IMG/VR virus record: IMGVR_UViG_3300032272_000065
Location: 1-25,910 of that record
Reading direction: 5' to 3' (one strand)
Length of the DNA: 25,910 nt
From: a virus
Lineage: Duplodnaviria > Caudoviricetes
The position numbers were made by a program, and so were the translations under genes. Shown here piece after piece: positions 9,777-19,873 of the stretch; position 1 is the first letter of the stretch, and each line of letters starts with the position of its first letter. The notes under the pieces were generated by a model. It made no database searches. It had not been told where the DNA came from and saw only the letters and a list, made by a program, of their open reading frames with translations.

Positions 9777-12700
9777 TGGCAAGGTCAATAGAAGAAATAT
9801 TGGCCGCTGCGGAGCAATTCAGCCAAGAAGAGGATGTTGTAGAGACATCACCTCAAGCTGACGACGGTAGGTTGAGTGGTATTCTTGCCAAGGCCAAACA
9901 GTTTAAGCCGGTTAAAGAGATCCCAGAACTTACAGAGGCTCCTGCCCCTTCCTTATTTTCACAGGCTAAAGAGTTCTTTGCCGATCCTGCAAAAGAAAAG
10001 GCTATTGCTACTCAGGCTATGGTTGATTCGCAGATCTTTGGTATTTCATTATCTGACGCTTACAATAAAAGGTTTGCAATAGACCATGACGCAAAGATAA
10101 CGCCAGAGCGTGCCGCAATCAGAGAAACAGCTTATAGCATCTTCACCAAGAACTACAAGACAGCTAATACAGGCTTGCAGCGAGATTATCTGTATTCTCA
10201 ACAGATATATGATGAAAATCCACAGCGGCAACGTAAAATAGATGAATATAACCAGGCTATGGCAGAAACCGGCGAGATAGGTTTGCCAGAGTCAAGGGTT
10301 CAGGACATCCTTGAAGCTACCGGCAAGACATTACCTTTCATGGTTAACACGGCTTCAAACGGGCAGTGGTTGGGTCTTGCCGCCGGGCTAGGAGGTTTTG
10401 CGCTTGGGACTGCTACGCTAGGGCCAGAGGCAGGGATACCTCTAGGTGTCGAATTTTACGGGGCTGGTGTTACAACTGGCTCGTTGATGTACTCAGCTCA
10501 AGTTATGGCTGGGAGTAATTATCGAGAGTTGCTTGAATTTGAATCAGAGTCAGGCGAGAAAATAAATAAAGGAGTCGCTAAGTTTGGTGCTCTTGCTTCC
10601 GGTTCGTTAATGGGCCTGGTGGAAGTTGCACAGATGAAAACATTGTTTAAATCGTTCGGCGGCGATAAGGCTCTGGCCGGTGTTGTTTCAAAGACACTAG
10701 CCAACCTTTCAGAGAGTGGCGCTGTTACACAGGCTATTGTACGATTCGGTGGTGTGTATGGTACAACTTTGGCTACTGAGACTAAACAGGAAGTACAGCA
10801 AGAAATGATTAAGATAGTCGGCGATGAGTTATCAAAAGTTGCTACAAACTATCTTGACGGGAAAAATATAGAACGTGCCACCACTAAAGATGTTGTCAGC
10901 CAGTTAGCGACGACAATCACCGAGTCTATTAAAGGGCTTGGCCTGGTGTCAGGCCTGGGGCCTGCTGCTAGGTTTGGTGGCGATATAGCTAAAGTATCTA
11001 CAGCCAAGATAGACGCGGCCAGAATAGAAAAGGCTATTGCAGATGAAGTCGAGCAGGAGAAAGTAATTGATGAAGTTGTTACCACAGACGAGGCGACAAC
11101 TGAAGCTGTCAGGGAAGAATTGCAAAGCGTTGTAGATGAAAACGACATTCAAGACTACCAAAATATAGTTGCACAGGCCGGTGTTATAGCAGAAGAAAGA
11201 GTTGACGCTATATTCCAGGCTGACCGAGACGAGATAAACAAGAGGGCTGAAGCCGAAGGGGTAGCAATAGCGGCAGAAGATCCCATACAGCAAGTTATGT
11301 CCAGTGCTGTTGAGCAGGGTGGTATATTGCTTACTGACCAAATACAAGCAGACTATGGAGAGACAATCACAGAGATTATTAAAAAAAGGCCTGGATTATT
11401 CTCTAAAAAAGGCACACTTGTATTAGATGAGATAGCAGTAGATGAGGCTGGGTTTGATACCGAGGCTGACTTTATTAATGCCGTTGCCGAAGTTGCCACC
11501 AAGAAAGATACAGTAGCTAAGTTGTCACCAGAACTTGCAGCGGAAGAACTTGGGGCAGTGGACCAATTTGAGGAAGAGTTTAGGCAAGAGGTTTTATTGC
11601 AAGAAGAAACCAAGGCTATTTCTGAGCTATTGGCTACAGAAAAACCAGAGTTAAGGGCGGAACTTGACAAGATCGTTGCCAGCATACCTTCTGGGGTATC
11701 TGTTAGTGCAATAGAACGAAAGCAATTAACTGAAGCATTCGCTGAAGCAAAGGCAGCTCAACGTAGTGGCGATGATGCGGTATTCCAGGAGGCCAAAGAT
11801 AAAATTGCTGGTTTAGTTGACAAGTTCAAAGTTGATTCTCGCGCAATACCTGAATCTTCCTATCAAGAGAATCGAGAAGCGGTTGAACCAACCATTCTAG
11901 CTACTGCCACCAGAGATGCGAAGGATATAGTTAAACAAATAGGTAAGGGTGTTGACAGGTATCTTGGCTCTATCTCTACAAGGCTTGCTAATATCAGTCC
12001 CAAGTTAAAATATGTATTAAGGGAGTTTGAATTCCAGGTAGGTGTAAAAGAAGCTGAAATGGTCAGAGCGTCAGAGCCGTTCTTTGCCAAAGTGCAGAAG
12101 ATGGAAAAGGGCGATATGGCCGACTTTGACCTTGCCCGTAAGAACGCCGATACAACCAAGATAAACGAGTTGCTAGATAAATATGAAATGGCAACAGAGT
12201 ATGCGGCTGTTCGGGAAGTGTTAAATAAATTGCATGCAGATGCTGTTAGTGTCGGATTTGATATAGGTTTTATTGAAGAGTTTAACCCCAGATACATAAC
12301 TGACATGAAGGGGTTTTTAGAGCATTTCCAAAAGGGTGATGATTGGTCAGTAATAAGTGATGCTATTAGAGGAAAAGAGGCAGAGCTAGGCCATTACTTA
12401 GATTTCCAAGAGAAAGCACAGTTTATTAACTCCATGCTTCGGGGGTATGGTCAAGGGAATATAACGTTATCCAAACCGAGCGTATTAAAAGAGCGGAAGA
12501 TAGACACGATTACCCCAGAGTTAAATAAATTCTATTCAACCTCAGAAGCGGCTTTATTAAACTATATCCACGAAACCAACTCAGCAATTGAGGCCAGAAG
12601 GTTCTTTGGCAAGAAAGCAAAGCCTGAGAACGTTGGGGAAAATGACGATACAATAGGGTCATTCGTTTTAGACCTTATTCAGAGTGGCGAGATTAAGGCG

Positions 12701-13750
12701 CACCAAGAAAAAGACCTGTCTGACATACTCAAGGCTAGGTTTAATGAAGTGGGTACTACCGGCGTTCTGGGGCTATACAAGAACCTGTCATATATTGATA
12801 CTATGGGGTCGGTTGCTTCGGCTGTTACTCAAATAGGTGATATCGCATGGTCATTGTATCAGAATGGCGTTGCTTATACCGCTGATGGAGTGATTAAAGC
12901 ATCAACCGGAAAGTCAGCTATTACCAGAGAAGATATTGGCGTTGAGAGAATAGCCGCTGAATTTGCGGATCAGACAAAGGCGGCCAAGGCAGTATCAAAA
13001 GTATTTAAGATTATTGGCCTTGAGAAGATGGACGCTATAGGAAAAGAGACTTTGCTTCATGCGTCATGGACTAAGTTTAAAAATAGAGCCAAGCGCAGCC
13101 CTGCAAAACTACGGAAAGAATTGCAGCCAATCTTCGGCGATAGGACAGACCAGTTAATGACTGACCTCGAAGAAGGTACTATCACCGAAGATGTTAAGCT
13201 GTTGATGTTTAACAAGCTGGCTGACTTCCAGCCCATAACATTGTCAGAAATGCCTCAAAAGTATTTAACCGGTGGTAACGGACGTATATTTTACATGCTG
13301 AAGACTTTCACGATAAAATCATTTGATATTTACCGGCGTGAAGTATTCCAGCAGATAGCGAATAAAGATACTAGGGCCCAGGGGATCACTAATCTAGTCC
13401 GTCTTGCTTCTTATTTTGTATTCGCTAATGCTACTGCTGATGTGATTAAGGCTATTATCCTAAACAGACCAATAGAGCCAGATGATTTGGCGGTTGATAA
13501 TCTCCTTAGGCTTTTCGGTATATCTAAGTTTGTTACATGGAAAGCAAGAGAGGAGGGCTTAGGTGTTGCAGCTCGTGGGCAGATATTCCCACCAACTAAG
13601 CTTATAAACGCACTAAGTAAAGATATTAATACCGCTGGTGATGAAAAGGGACTTGAGACAGTATCGTCAATTCCGGTCTTTGGTAAATTATATTATTGGT
13701 GGTTTGGGAAAGGCAAAAAGAAGTCCGACAGAAGGAGAAATAAAAAATGA
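9776..13750 (+). CDS. Large internal virion (ejection) protein, gp16-like
   Basis: ~1324 aa with a Gly-rich hydrophobic segment near the N-terminus; TGATG coupling; precedes the tail fibre. Confidence 0.75.
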   Translation: MARSIEEILAAAEQFSQEEDVVETSPQADDGRLSGILAKAKQFKPVKEIPELTEAPAPSLFSQAKEFFADPAKEKAIATQAMVDSQIFGISLSDAYNKRFAIDHDAKITPERAAIRETAYSIFTKNYKTANTGLQRDYLYSQQIYDENPQRQRKIDEYNQAMAETGEIGLPESRVQDILEATGKTLPFMVNTASNGQWLGLAAGLGGFALGTATLGPEAGIPLGVEFYGAGVTTGSLMYSAQVMAGSNYRELLEFESESGEKINKGVAKFGALASGSLMGLVEVAQMKTLFKSFGGDKALAGVVSKTLANLSESGAVTQAIVRFGGVYGTTLATETKQEVQQEMIKIVGDELSKVATNYLDGKNIERATTKDVVSQLATTITESIKGLGLVSGLGPAARFGGDIAKVSTAKIDAARIEKAIADEVEQEKVIDEVVTTDEATTEAVREELQSVVDENDIQDYQNIVAQAGVIAEERVDAIFQADRDEINKRAEAEGVAIAAEDPIQQVMSSAVEQGGILLTDQIQADYGETITEIIKKRPGLFSKKGTLVLDEIAVDEAGFDTEADFINAVAEVATKKDTVAKLSPELAAEELGAVDQFEEEFRQEVLLQEETKAISELLATEKPELRAELDKIVASIPSGVSVSAIERKQLTEAFAEAKAAQRSGDDAVFQEAKDKIAGLVDKFKVDSRAIPESSYQENREAVEPTILATATRDAKDIVKQIGKGVDRYLGSISTRLANISPKLKYVLREFEFQVGVKEAEMVRASEPFFAKVQKMEKGDMADFDLARKNADTTKINELLDKYEMATEYAAVREVLNKLHADAVSVGFDIGFIEEFNPRYITDMKGFLEHFQKGDDWSVISDAIRGKEAELGHYLDFQEKAQFINSMLRGYGQGNITLSKPSVLKERKIDTITPELNKFYSTSEAALLNYIHETNSAIEARRFFGKKAKPENVGENDDTIGSFVLDLIQSGEIKAHQEKDLSDILKARFNEVGTTGVLGLYKNLSYIDTMGSVASAVTQIGDIAWSLYQNGVAYTADGVIKASTGKSAITREDIGVERIAAEFADQTKAAKAVSKVFKIIGLEKMDAIGKETLLHASWTKFKNRAKRSPAKLRKELQPIFGDRTDQLMTDLEEGTITEDVKLLMFNKLADFQPITLSEMPQKYLTGGNGRIFYMLKTFTIKSFDIYRREVFQQIANKDTRAQGITNLVRLASYFVFANATADVIKAIILNRPIEPDDLAVDNLLRLFGISKFVTWKAREEGLGVAARGQIFPPTKLINALSKDINTAGDEKGLETVSSIPVFGKLYYWWFGKGKKKSDRRRNKK

Positions 13751-14760
13751 CAGTACCAAGCGAAGCGAATCCGGTTCAATCATGGGACGGTGATGATGTA
13801 ACGGTTGCTTTCTCAATATCAACCTATTCATTCCTTGCGGTTACTGATATTACAGTGGCTCGTACCGATACTGACGGAACTAGCACCACATTAACGAAAG
13901 ATGCAGCCGGTGAGGATGGTTACACCTTGTCAGGGACAACCATTACTATGAACACGGCTCCCGCTACAGGCGAGGAGTTGGTTGCAACCAGAGATACTAC
14001 CAGAACACAGCTACTTGATTTGGTCAATAATAGGTCAAGCAACCCTGATAATCTGGAAACGGCTCTTGACCGGTTAACGTACATAACGCAGGAAAACAAC
14101 TACAACAGCGTTAGCCAAGCTGTTCGGGCTGATAGTTCGGTAACAGATACACCAGATTTAACATTTGCTGGCACAGCGGCGTATAGGGCTGACAGATATA
14201 TTGGTTTTGATAGCTCTGGTGATATCGCGTTATTGGCGGCATTGGCCGGGTCGGCACTTCTTGACGAAGATAACATGGCCAGCGATTCTAACACCCAGGG
14301 GGCAACGCAGCAGAGCATCAAGGCTTATGCTGACGCTATTACAGCTGCGATGACAGCTCGATACCCAGCGGGGATGATATGCCTTTGGTCTGGGGCTATT
14401 TCAGATATCCCAGCGGGGTTTGCTTTATGTGACGGGTCAAACGGCACTCCACCTCTAACAGACCGCTTTATACTACATGCTGATGCTGATACCGGTGGCA
14501 CTAACGATGTTGGAGATACAGGGACAGGTGCAGGTACATCTGAAGATTACACATTAGAGATAGGGGATATCCCAAACCATTCACATTCAACCCCTGGCAA
14601 TATTGGTACTGGTTCTGGTATTTCTTCTGGTGCTGACTTTGCAGGGAATGCTTCTTTAACCTCTGGAGCTTCTGGTGGTGGTGGGGCTCATGCCCATGGG
14701 ATAAATAACGCTAACTACAAACCTAAATATTATGCACTTGCATATATAATGAAACTATAG
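13747..14760 (+). CDS. Tail fibre protein (T7 gp17-like anchor plus collar domain)
   Basis: GDDVTVAFSI...F, LETALDRLT anchor; collar motif PAGMICLWSG...IPAGFALCDGSNGTPPLTDRF; ends PKYYALAYIMKL. Confidence 0.88.
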   Translation: MTVPSEANPVQSWDGDDVTVAFSISTYSFLAVTDITVARTDTDGTSTTLTKDAAGEDGYTLSGTTITMNTAPATGEELVATRDTTRTQLLDLVNNRSSNPDNLETALDRLTYITQENNYNSVSQAVRADSSVTDTPDLTFAGTAAYRADRYIGFDSSGDIALLAALAGSALLDEDNMASDSNTQGATQQSIKAYADAITAAMTARYPAGMICLWSGAISDIPAGFALCDGSNGTPPLTDRFILHADADTGGTNDVGDTGTGAGTSEDYTLEIGDIPNHSHSTPGNIGTGSGISSGADFAGNASLTSGASGGGGAHAHGINNANYKPKYYALAYIMKL

Positions 14761-14767
14761 GTGTATT

Positions 14768-15394
14768 ATGAAACGGATATTATTTACAGTATTGTTACTG
14801 GCATTTACGACAAACGTATGTTTAGCAGATGATAGAAACTCCACTCAATTCAAGAGGGATCCCACAACTGGTAGTATTGCGTCAGTTGACTATCCACATC
14901 TAGAGATACACTCTGGCAGTGCGTATAATGTTCATGATTATGACCTCACATTGGCAGCTGATGAAAACCTTAATGTATGCTTCACTACTCCAGACACCTC
15001 CAAGTGGTTCCATTTAACTGTTGGTTATTCATGCTCTTTGGCGTGTACTGCTCAAATATTATCTGGGTCAACTGTAACCGCTAATTCAGGTACAGAAACC
15101 GCTCCAATGAATCACAATGGTAACTCTTCTAAAACCAGCACCGCCTATGATTTGCAGACTGTTCCGGTAATAAACAGTGTTAGTATAGGAGCGACCATCA
15201 CAGTTGATGGTACTGAATTACATGGAGAAGTAATAGGGGCCGCAAAGTCACAAGGTGGAACCGTTGGTGGTGGAGAAAGGCACGAGTATATACTGGAACA
15301 GGGGGTTACACATTGCATCAGATTGTTGCGGGATTCCACTGTAGGTAATTCTATAAGCTCGTTAGAGGTTAACTGGTATGAACACACCAACTAG
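14768..15394 (+). CDS. Hypothetical beta-rich protein with signal-peptide-like N-terminus (paralog 1)
   Basis: MKRILFTVLLLAFTTNVCLA leader; similar along its length to the next ORF; ends YEHTN. Confidence 0.75.
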   Translation: MKRILFTVLLLAFTTNVCLADDRNSTQFKRDPTTGSIASVDYPHLEIHSGSAYNVHDYDLTLAADENLNVCFTTPDTSKWFHLTVGYSCSLACTAQILSGSTVTANSGTETAPMNHNGNSSKTSTAYDLQTVPVINSVSIGATITVDGTELHGEVIGAAKSQGGTVGGGERHEYILEQGVTHCIRLLRDSTVGNSISSLEVNWYEHTN

Positions 15395-15401
15395 ACATAT
15401 T

Positions 15402-16010
15402 ATGAAAATTAAATTACTGCTACTCATACTGCTATTTGCAACACCATGTTTTGCCGGTGACAGGAACCACACCCAATTTGGGAAAGACACTAGCACCGGT
15501 TCGATTTTAGCTATTGGCTATGCTCACCATGAGATACATGAGGGTAACTCTTTTGTTGCAGGTTCGTCCGGTATTCTTGCTAACGAGGCATCCTTAAAAA
15601 TATCATTCAGGACACCAGACACGGATAAATGGTCTCACTTTAATTACGCGGCTGCTTGTTCATTAGACGCTACATTAACATTTACTGAGAATCCTACTGT
15701 TACCGTTAATACCGGATCTGCGCTCCCGATATACAATAACAATAGAAATTCAACCAATACATCTATTTTACTTGGATCTTCTACCGGTGTGTACGTTGCT
15801 AACAGCTTAACATTGGGAGCAACAATGTCAGGTGGTACATCCATAAAGCCTGTGGTACATCTAGGAAGTGGCAAGAAAACTGGTGGTGGTGCTAGTTCTT
15901 TCACTGAAGCTGTTCTAAAACAGAACGAAGATTACTCGGTTGTGCTGACTAGCGAGGCCGCAGATAACCATTGTTTTCTTGAGATATATGAATATGAACA
16001 TACAAACTGA
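15402..16010 (+). CDS. Hypothetical beta-rich protein with signal-peptide-like N-terminus (paralog 2)
   Basis: MKIKLLLLILLFATPCFA leader; start set at 15402 by alignment with paralog 1; ends YEHTN. Confidence 0.75.
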   Translation: MKIKLLLLILLFATPCFAGDRNHTQFGKDTSTGSILAIGYAHHEIHEGNSFVAGSSGILANEASLKISFRTPDTDKWSHFNYAAACSLDATLTFTENPTVTVNTGSALPIYNNNRNSTNTSILLGSSTGVYVANSLTLGATMSGGTSIKPVVHLGSGKKTGGGASSFTEAVLKQNEDYSVVLTSEAADNHCFLEIYEYEHTN

Positions 16011-16018
16011 GGTGTAAC

Positions 16019-16285
16019 ATGGCTGGCCCTGGTGACAACTTTAAGAAAGATGACCAATACTACCCGTATTCTCACGGAGACTTACAGGTACGCCTCGCTT
16101 ATGATGCGAATGGGAATGTTGAGTATGTAGGGTACGGTTTACCTGGAGCGTTAGATAGTGATGAAAAATGGCAGATCGAGAAGTTTACGTACACTTCTGG
16201 CAAGATTGTAAGTGGTAAATATGCTGGCGGTTCTAATATATACGACAAGGAATGGGATGAAAGAGCATCTTATTCATATAGTTAA
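16019..16285 (+). CDS. Small tail-module protein with a YD-like motif
   Basis: YDANGNVEYVG...WQIEK...WDERASYSY; GAGGTG RBS. Confidence 0.7.
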   Translation: MAGPGDNFKKDDQYYPYSHGDLQVRLAYDANGNVEYVGYGLPGALDSDEKWQIEKFTYTSGKIVSGKYAGGSNIYDKEWDERASYSYS

Positions 16286-16294
16286 GGTGGTATA

Positions 16295-17074
16295 ATGGAT
16301 AAAGCTATTTTTGATCCACTATTAAAATCGTTAAAAACTGACGGTGGTTTGTCTAGCTTGATAACCTCAAGTCGTGGCATTAATGAGGTGGGCAGCGTAG
16401 GCACTGATACTGTTATTGATTGGGCTAATGGTGGGGTTCAGATTATCACCGTTACTGCCGTTATCAATATCACATTTACAGGATGGGACACGTTAATAGC
16501 TGACGGTGAAGCTCAGTCCGGCACATTAATTATCATTGACTCAGGCGACTGGAACCCAACATGGTCAACGCTGCTTCAGACCGAGGGCGAAGCAGATTTT
16601 ACCTACACGGCAGACAAGGCAATTGTGCTTGAGTTCCTTAATGTCGAAGGTGGCGACTATGTGCCTTATGGCGGTTGGCAGGTTGCAGCCGATACTTATT
16701 TGACATTAGGCACCGAGCTTGTTGATGATCCTAGCTTCGATGATACCGCAGATTGGACTGAATCTGGTAACATGTCAGTTACGGGCGGCCAGTTAGTCTT
16801 AACCGCTGCAACGTCAGAGACTACGGTGGAAGCCGCACCATTAACCGCTGTAGCCACAGCATCATATCTAGTCGTTACCGTGATAGACGAGGTGACAACG
16901 GCTGGCGGTGGTGTTAAGATGAACGTAGGCAGTACAGACGGGGCCACATATACAACGGTAGGCACGAAAGCCGAGGTTATTGTGGCCACTGATACTGACG
17001 GCCTTGAGATAATCGCAGCAGGGGCCGCAATGACGGCTAAAATTGGCTCGGTATCAGTGAAGAGGTTATACTAA
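16295..17074 (+). CDS. Putative tail fibre/spike accessory protein with a carbohydrate-binding-like C-terminal domain
   Basis: IDWANGGVQ..T motif and LGTELVDDPSFDDTADW motif; Thr/Gly/Val-rich. Confidence 0.6.
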   Translation: MDKAIFDPLLKSLKTDGGLSSLITSSRGINEVGSVGTDTVIDWANGGVQIITVTAVINITFTGWDTLIADGEAQSGTLIIIDSGDWNPTWSTLLQTEGEADFTYTADKAIVLEFLNVEGGDYVPYGGWQVAADTYLTLGTELVDDPSFDDTADWTESGNMSVTGGQLVLTAATSETTVEAAPLTAVATASYLVVTVIDEVTTAGGGVKMNVGSTDGATYTTVGTKAEVIVATDTDGLEIIAAGAAMTAKIGSVSVKRLY

Positions 17075-17601
17075 TGCCTGATTACGGTAAATTTAAAGAT
17101 GATGTTCTGGTTGAGGAAATAACTTTCACTCGCAAATTTGTGCCGGTCGGTGGCCGTAAAGCATCAAACCACTCGCCACAATGGATGAAGAAGCACGGCT
17201 ATGTCCCATATATTAAGCCAACTGTCTTGGATGGTGAGTATGAAGGGGTTGAAAATATACCAACAAAGGAAAACAGTGTCATAGTATCTTACACTCACGC
17301 CATAAAGACCAAGGATTATTCGACTATAAGGGCTGAGATAACTAGTGCAATAGAATCAAAAGCATACGCCCTTGTTTCTTCAGTGAATAGCTCTATTATC
17401 GATACAGCAGCAAAAACAAAAGTGAACGATTTAGTATCCTCTAAGTGCAAAGGGCTGTTGCTTGAACTTGCAGAAACTACCGATATCAACCTTAAATATT
17501 TCGATTACACATCGACATGGGATGGTATAGAAGACTTTGGGACAATAGACCTTACTGAAAGCACATGGACAAAACTTAAACGTTATATGTTCGGGGTTTA
17601 A
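17074..17601 (+). CDS. Hypothetical protein, possibly tail fibre assembly
   Basis: 175 aa, translationally coupled, lies between fibre-like genes. Confidence 0.6.
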   Translation: MPDYGKFKDDVLVEEITFTRKFVPVGGRKASNHSPQWMKKHGYVPYIKPTVLDGEYEGVENIPTKENSVIVSYTHAIKTKDYSTIRAEITSAIESKAYALVSSVNSSIIDTAAKTKVNDLVSSKCKGLLLELAETTDINLKYFDYTSTWDGIEDFGTIDLTESTWTKLKRYMFGV

Positions 17602-18279
17602 ATGTTACATCATGCAATGCGGAGAGTCGTGGCTGGTGCTGGATCTGATGAGTTTACAGTGCTGCACGTTCCATCTAATACTACAGATGGAGACACTACG
17701 TTTATAGATACATCTCCATCTAACCACACAATAACCCCGAATGGTGCATTTGCACACAAGACAGCGCAATCTTATTCAGGAGCATCTAGCTACTTATCTG
17801 CCGCTAGTACGTCATACGGTACTATGACTGATAGTTTAACTGACTTCGTTTTAGGGGATACATTTTTCATAAACTTCCAAGTCTATTTTAATGTTGCTAC
17901 GGGTAATCAATACTTTATAGGGTATGGTGGAGGATATGCTGGATGGCGTGGCACTGACGGTCATGTATTCACTGTTTTTAAACTTGGAACAAATATATTC
18001 TATTTCCAATTTTGGAACGGATCAGCAATACGATCAATCTCGTTTTCGTGGACTCCTTCAGCTAGTCAATGGTACAATATAGAAATTTCCTGTAATAATG
18101 GGGCATTTTCTATAGATATTGATACTGTGGAAAAAGTTACTTCGTCAGGGGTAAGTGTATCTGACGTAACAACACCATTAAGGCTTGCTATGTGTAGCCT
18201 TGCTAATTTAGGAACAACAGCAAACAACTTTTATATGGATAATCTTATCATTAGAAAAGGGATTTCAACAGGGCTTTAA
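17602..18279 (+). CDS. LamG/concanavalin A-like lectin domain protein (putative receptor binding)
   Basis: DGDTTFIDTSPSNHTIT, DFVLG..F.I.F.VY, QWYNI, and YMDNLIIRKG motifs. Confidence 0.75.
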   Translation: MLHHAMRRVVAGAGSDEFTVLHVPSNTTDGDTTFIDTSPSNHTITPNGAFAHKTAQSYSGASSYLSAASTSYGTMTDSLTDFVLGDTFFINFQVYFNVATGNQYFIGYGGGYAGWRGTDGHVFTVFKLGTNIFYFQFWNGSAIRSISFSWTPSASQWYNIEISCNNGAFSIDIDTVEKVTSSGVSVSDVTTPLRLAMCSLANLGTTANNFYMDNLIIRKGISTGL

Positions 18280-18325
18280 AAGTTTATAGCTAAATATATA
18301 ATTAATCAATGATCCGGTGGGTTGA

Positions 18326-18613
18326 ATGGCAGAATGTGACGGTTGTGTAAAGAGTGGGCACAGGTTATTAGTTCAAGTAGTCATGGGATCTATATTCGTT
18401 CTCGCTGTAAGCGGTATCTTGTCATGGAAATCAGCTTTTGCGAAGGATGACCGTGATGACAAACAAGAGCAAATGATAGCAGTAATGCAGACAACACTGA
18501 CCCAATACGTCAAGAATTCAGAAGAAACCCGTTCTGACATTAAGGAGCTGGCACAAATTACCATGCAGATGAACCTCAATCTACAAACTCACATCGCGGC
18601 GACAAGTAAATGA
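18326..18613 (+). CDS. Membrane protein with one TM segment and a coiled coil (holin/antiholin-like)
   Basis: Hydrophobic LLVQVVMGSIFVLAVSGILSW; lies directly upstream of the endolysin. Confidence 0.6.
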   Translation: MAECDGCVKSGHRLLVQVVMGSIFVLAVSGILSWKSAFAKDDRDDKQEQMIAVMQTTLTQYVKNSEETRSDIKELAQITMQMNLNLQTHIAATSK

Positions 18614-18945
18614 GCCTCAGAGAGAACCAAAGCCGTTTCGCGTTAAATGTTGCGTTCCTAATTCTTGAAGCGGAGAAACTAGGCTACGAGGTGACGCTAG
18701 GTGACTCTTTCAGAGACCCTAGGGTTTTCGGTAAGGTTGGAGAGAAGAAAGGTTATAGCCACAAGAACAGCACTCATAAATCACGCCTTGCCATTGACCT
18801 TAACCTTTTTAAAGACGGTCGATATATTACTGATTCAGAAGGGCATGACAAGTTACATGACTTCTGGGTCGATAAATGCGGTGGTTCTCCGATGATTAAA
18901 GGTGATCCGAACCACTATTCATACAAGCATAATGGGGTATCATAA
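18610..18945 (+). CDS. Endolysin, peptidase M15 family
   Basis: GYEVTLGDSFRDP, S.HKSRLAIDLNLFKDG (H-x6-D) and DPNHYS zinc-ligand motifs. Confidence 0.88.
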   Translation: MSLRENQSRFALNVAFLILEAEKLGYEVTLGDSFRDPRVFGKVGEKKGYSHKNSTHKSRLAIDLNLFKDGRYITDSEGHDKLHDFWVDKCGGSPMIKGDPNHYSYKHNGVS

Positions 18946-19448
18946 TGGGTATAGATCTAACTGGGATTTCAGGTGTAACAGATTTAGCTGGTGGGATTAT
19001 GGATCGCTTCTGGCCTAAGAAGATGGACGAAGGTGAAAAGGCATCGGCTAAACTTGGCATGATATCCATGATTAAAGGGTTTCAAGCTAAAAGTGACGAG
19101 GCAAAAAAAAGTGTAATGGTTGCCGAGTTGAATCAAGGTGATGTTTACACTAAACGAGCGAGGCCGACAATTGTCTATGGCGGTTTAGCTATAATATTCA
19201 TTAACCATGTAATATTCCCAATGTTTGCATGGTGCGTTGGTGTGGCTACTGTTCTATTTGCTGGGACAATAACTCCAGAGTTGACCAATGCCCTAGTGTT
19301 GCCTTCTTTCTCTCTCCCTGCCGCGTTTTGGGCATCATGGACAGGAGTTACAGGTGTTTATTCTATTGGAAGGTCAATGGAGAAACGTGGCGTTACTGGC
19401 ATGGGCGGGAAAATAGCCAGTATGATTACCGGCAATAAACAACCTTAA
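18945..19448 (+). CDS. Holin, 3TM/GTA-holin-like family
   Basis: AELNQGDVYTKRARP, hydrophobic segments, GVYSIGRSMEK; follows the endolysin. Confidence 0.8.
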   Translation: MGIDLTGISGVTDLAGGIMDRFWPKKMDEGEKASAKLGMISMIKGFQAKSDEAKKSVMVAELNQGDVYTKRARPTIVYGGLAIIFINHVIFPMFAWCVGVATVLFAGTITPELTNALVLPSFSLPAAFWASWTGVTGVYSIGRSMEKRGVTGMGGKIASMITGNKQP

Positions 19449-19450
19449 AT

Positions 19451-19484
19451 AAAAAAGGCCGGGGCAATTCAAACCCCGGCCTTT
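19451..19484. terminator. Bidirectional intrinsic terminator between the convergent late and early modules
   Basis: AAAGGCCGGGG-caattcaaa-CCCCGGCCTTT perfect 11 bp stem; the A6 run gives a U tract on the - strand. Confidence 0.9.
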
Positions 19485-19527
19485 ACGCTCACAGCAATTA
19501 TATATTTCTAACCCCTCCTGTTTTGGT

Positions 19528-19866
19528 TTAACTCCAATCAGATAAAACCTTTCCTATCTGGCCACATATCCATTTAGCAAACCTTGTAGCAGACCAACCG
19601 TTGCGCCACTTCTCATTATTTAGGTACACGTTTACCTTGCCGCTGCCATTATTAATTTCATGCTTAATCTCAATATGGTTGCGTTGCTCAGTTATTGGGT
19701 TGTATGTATTCACCACGAAAAGCAGGGTAGTTTCTACCGATCTTTCCGGGCCGAATTTAAGCGCATTGGATAATCGGCCAATTTCTGACCGCCTCTGTGA
19801 CTCAATGCCTCCTAACCTACCACGGTTACGCTTCTTTTCGTATGTCGCATAATTAGGGTAACTCAT
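19528..19866 (-). CDS. Hypothetical basic protein
   Basis: 112 aa ORF, last gene before the terminator on -; no tyrosine recombinase motifs seen. Confidence 0.7.
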   Translation of the reverse strand: MSYPNYATYEKKRNRGRLGGIESQRRSEIGRLSNALKFGPERSVETTLLFVVNTYNPITEQRNHIEIKHEINNGSGKVNVYLNNEKWRNGWSATRFAKWICGQIGKVLSDWS

Positions 19867-19873
19867 AATTTCC

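Noticed and set aside
881-18579. Antisense ORFs within the structural module (e.g. 7333-8016, 3552-3977, 11863-12306)
   Set aside because: Shadows of well-supported + strand genes.
13747-19448. Diversity-generating retroelement, suggested by the BPP-1-like layout
   Set aside because: No reverse transcriptase and no template/variable repeat pair differing at adenines was seen in the window.
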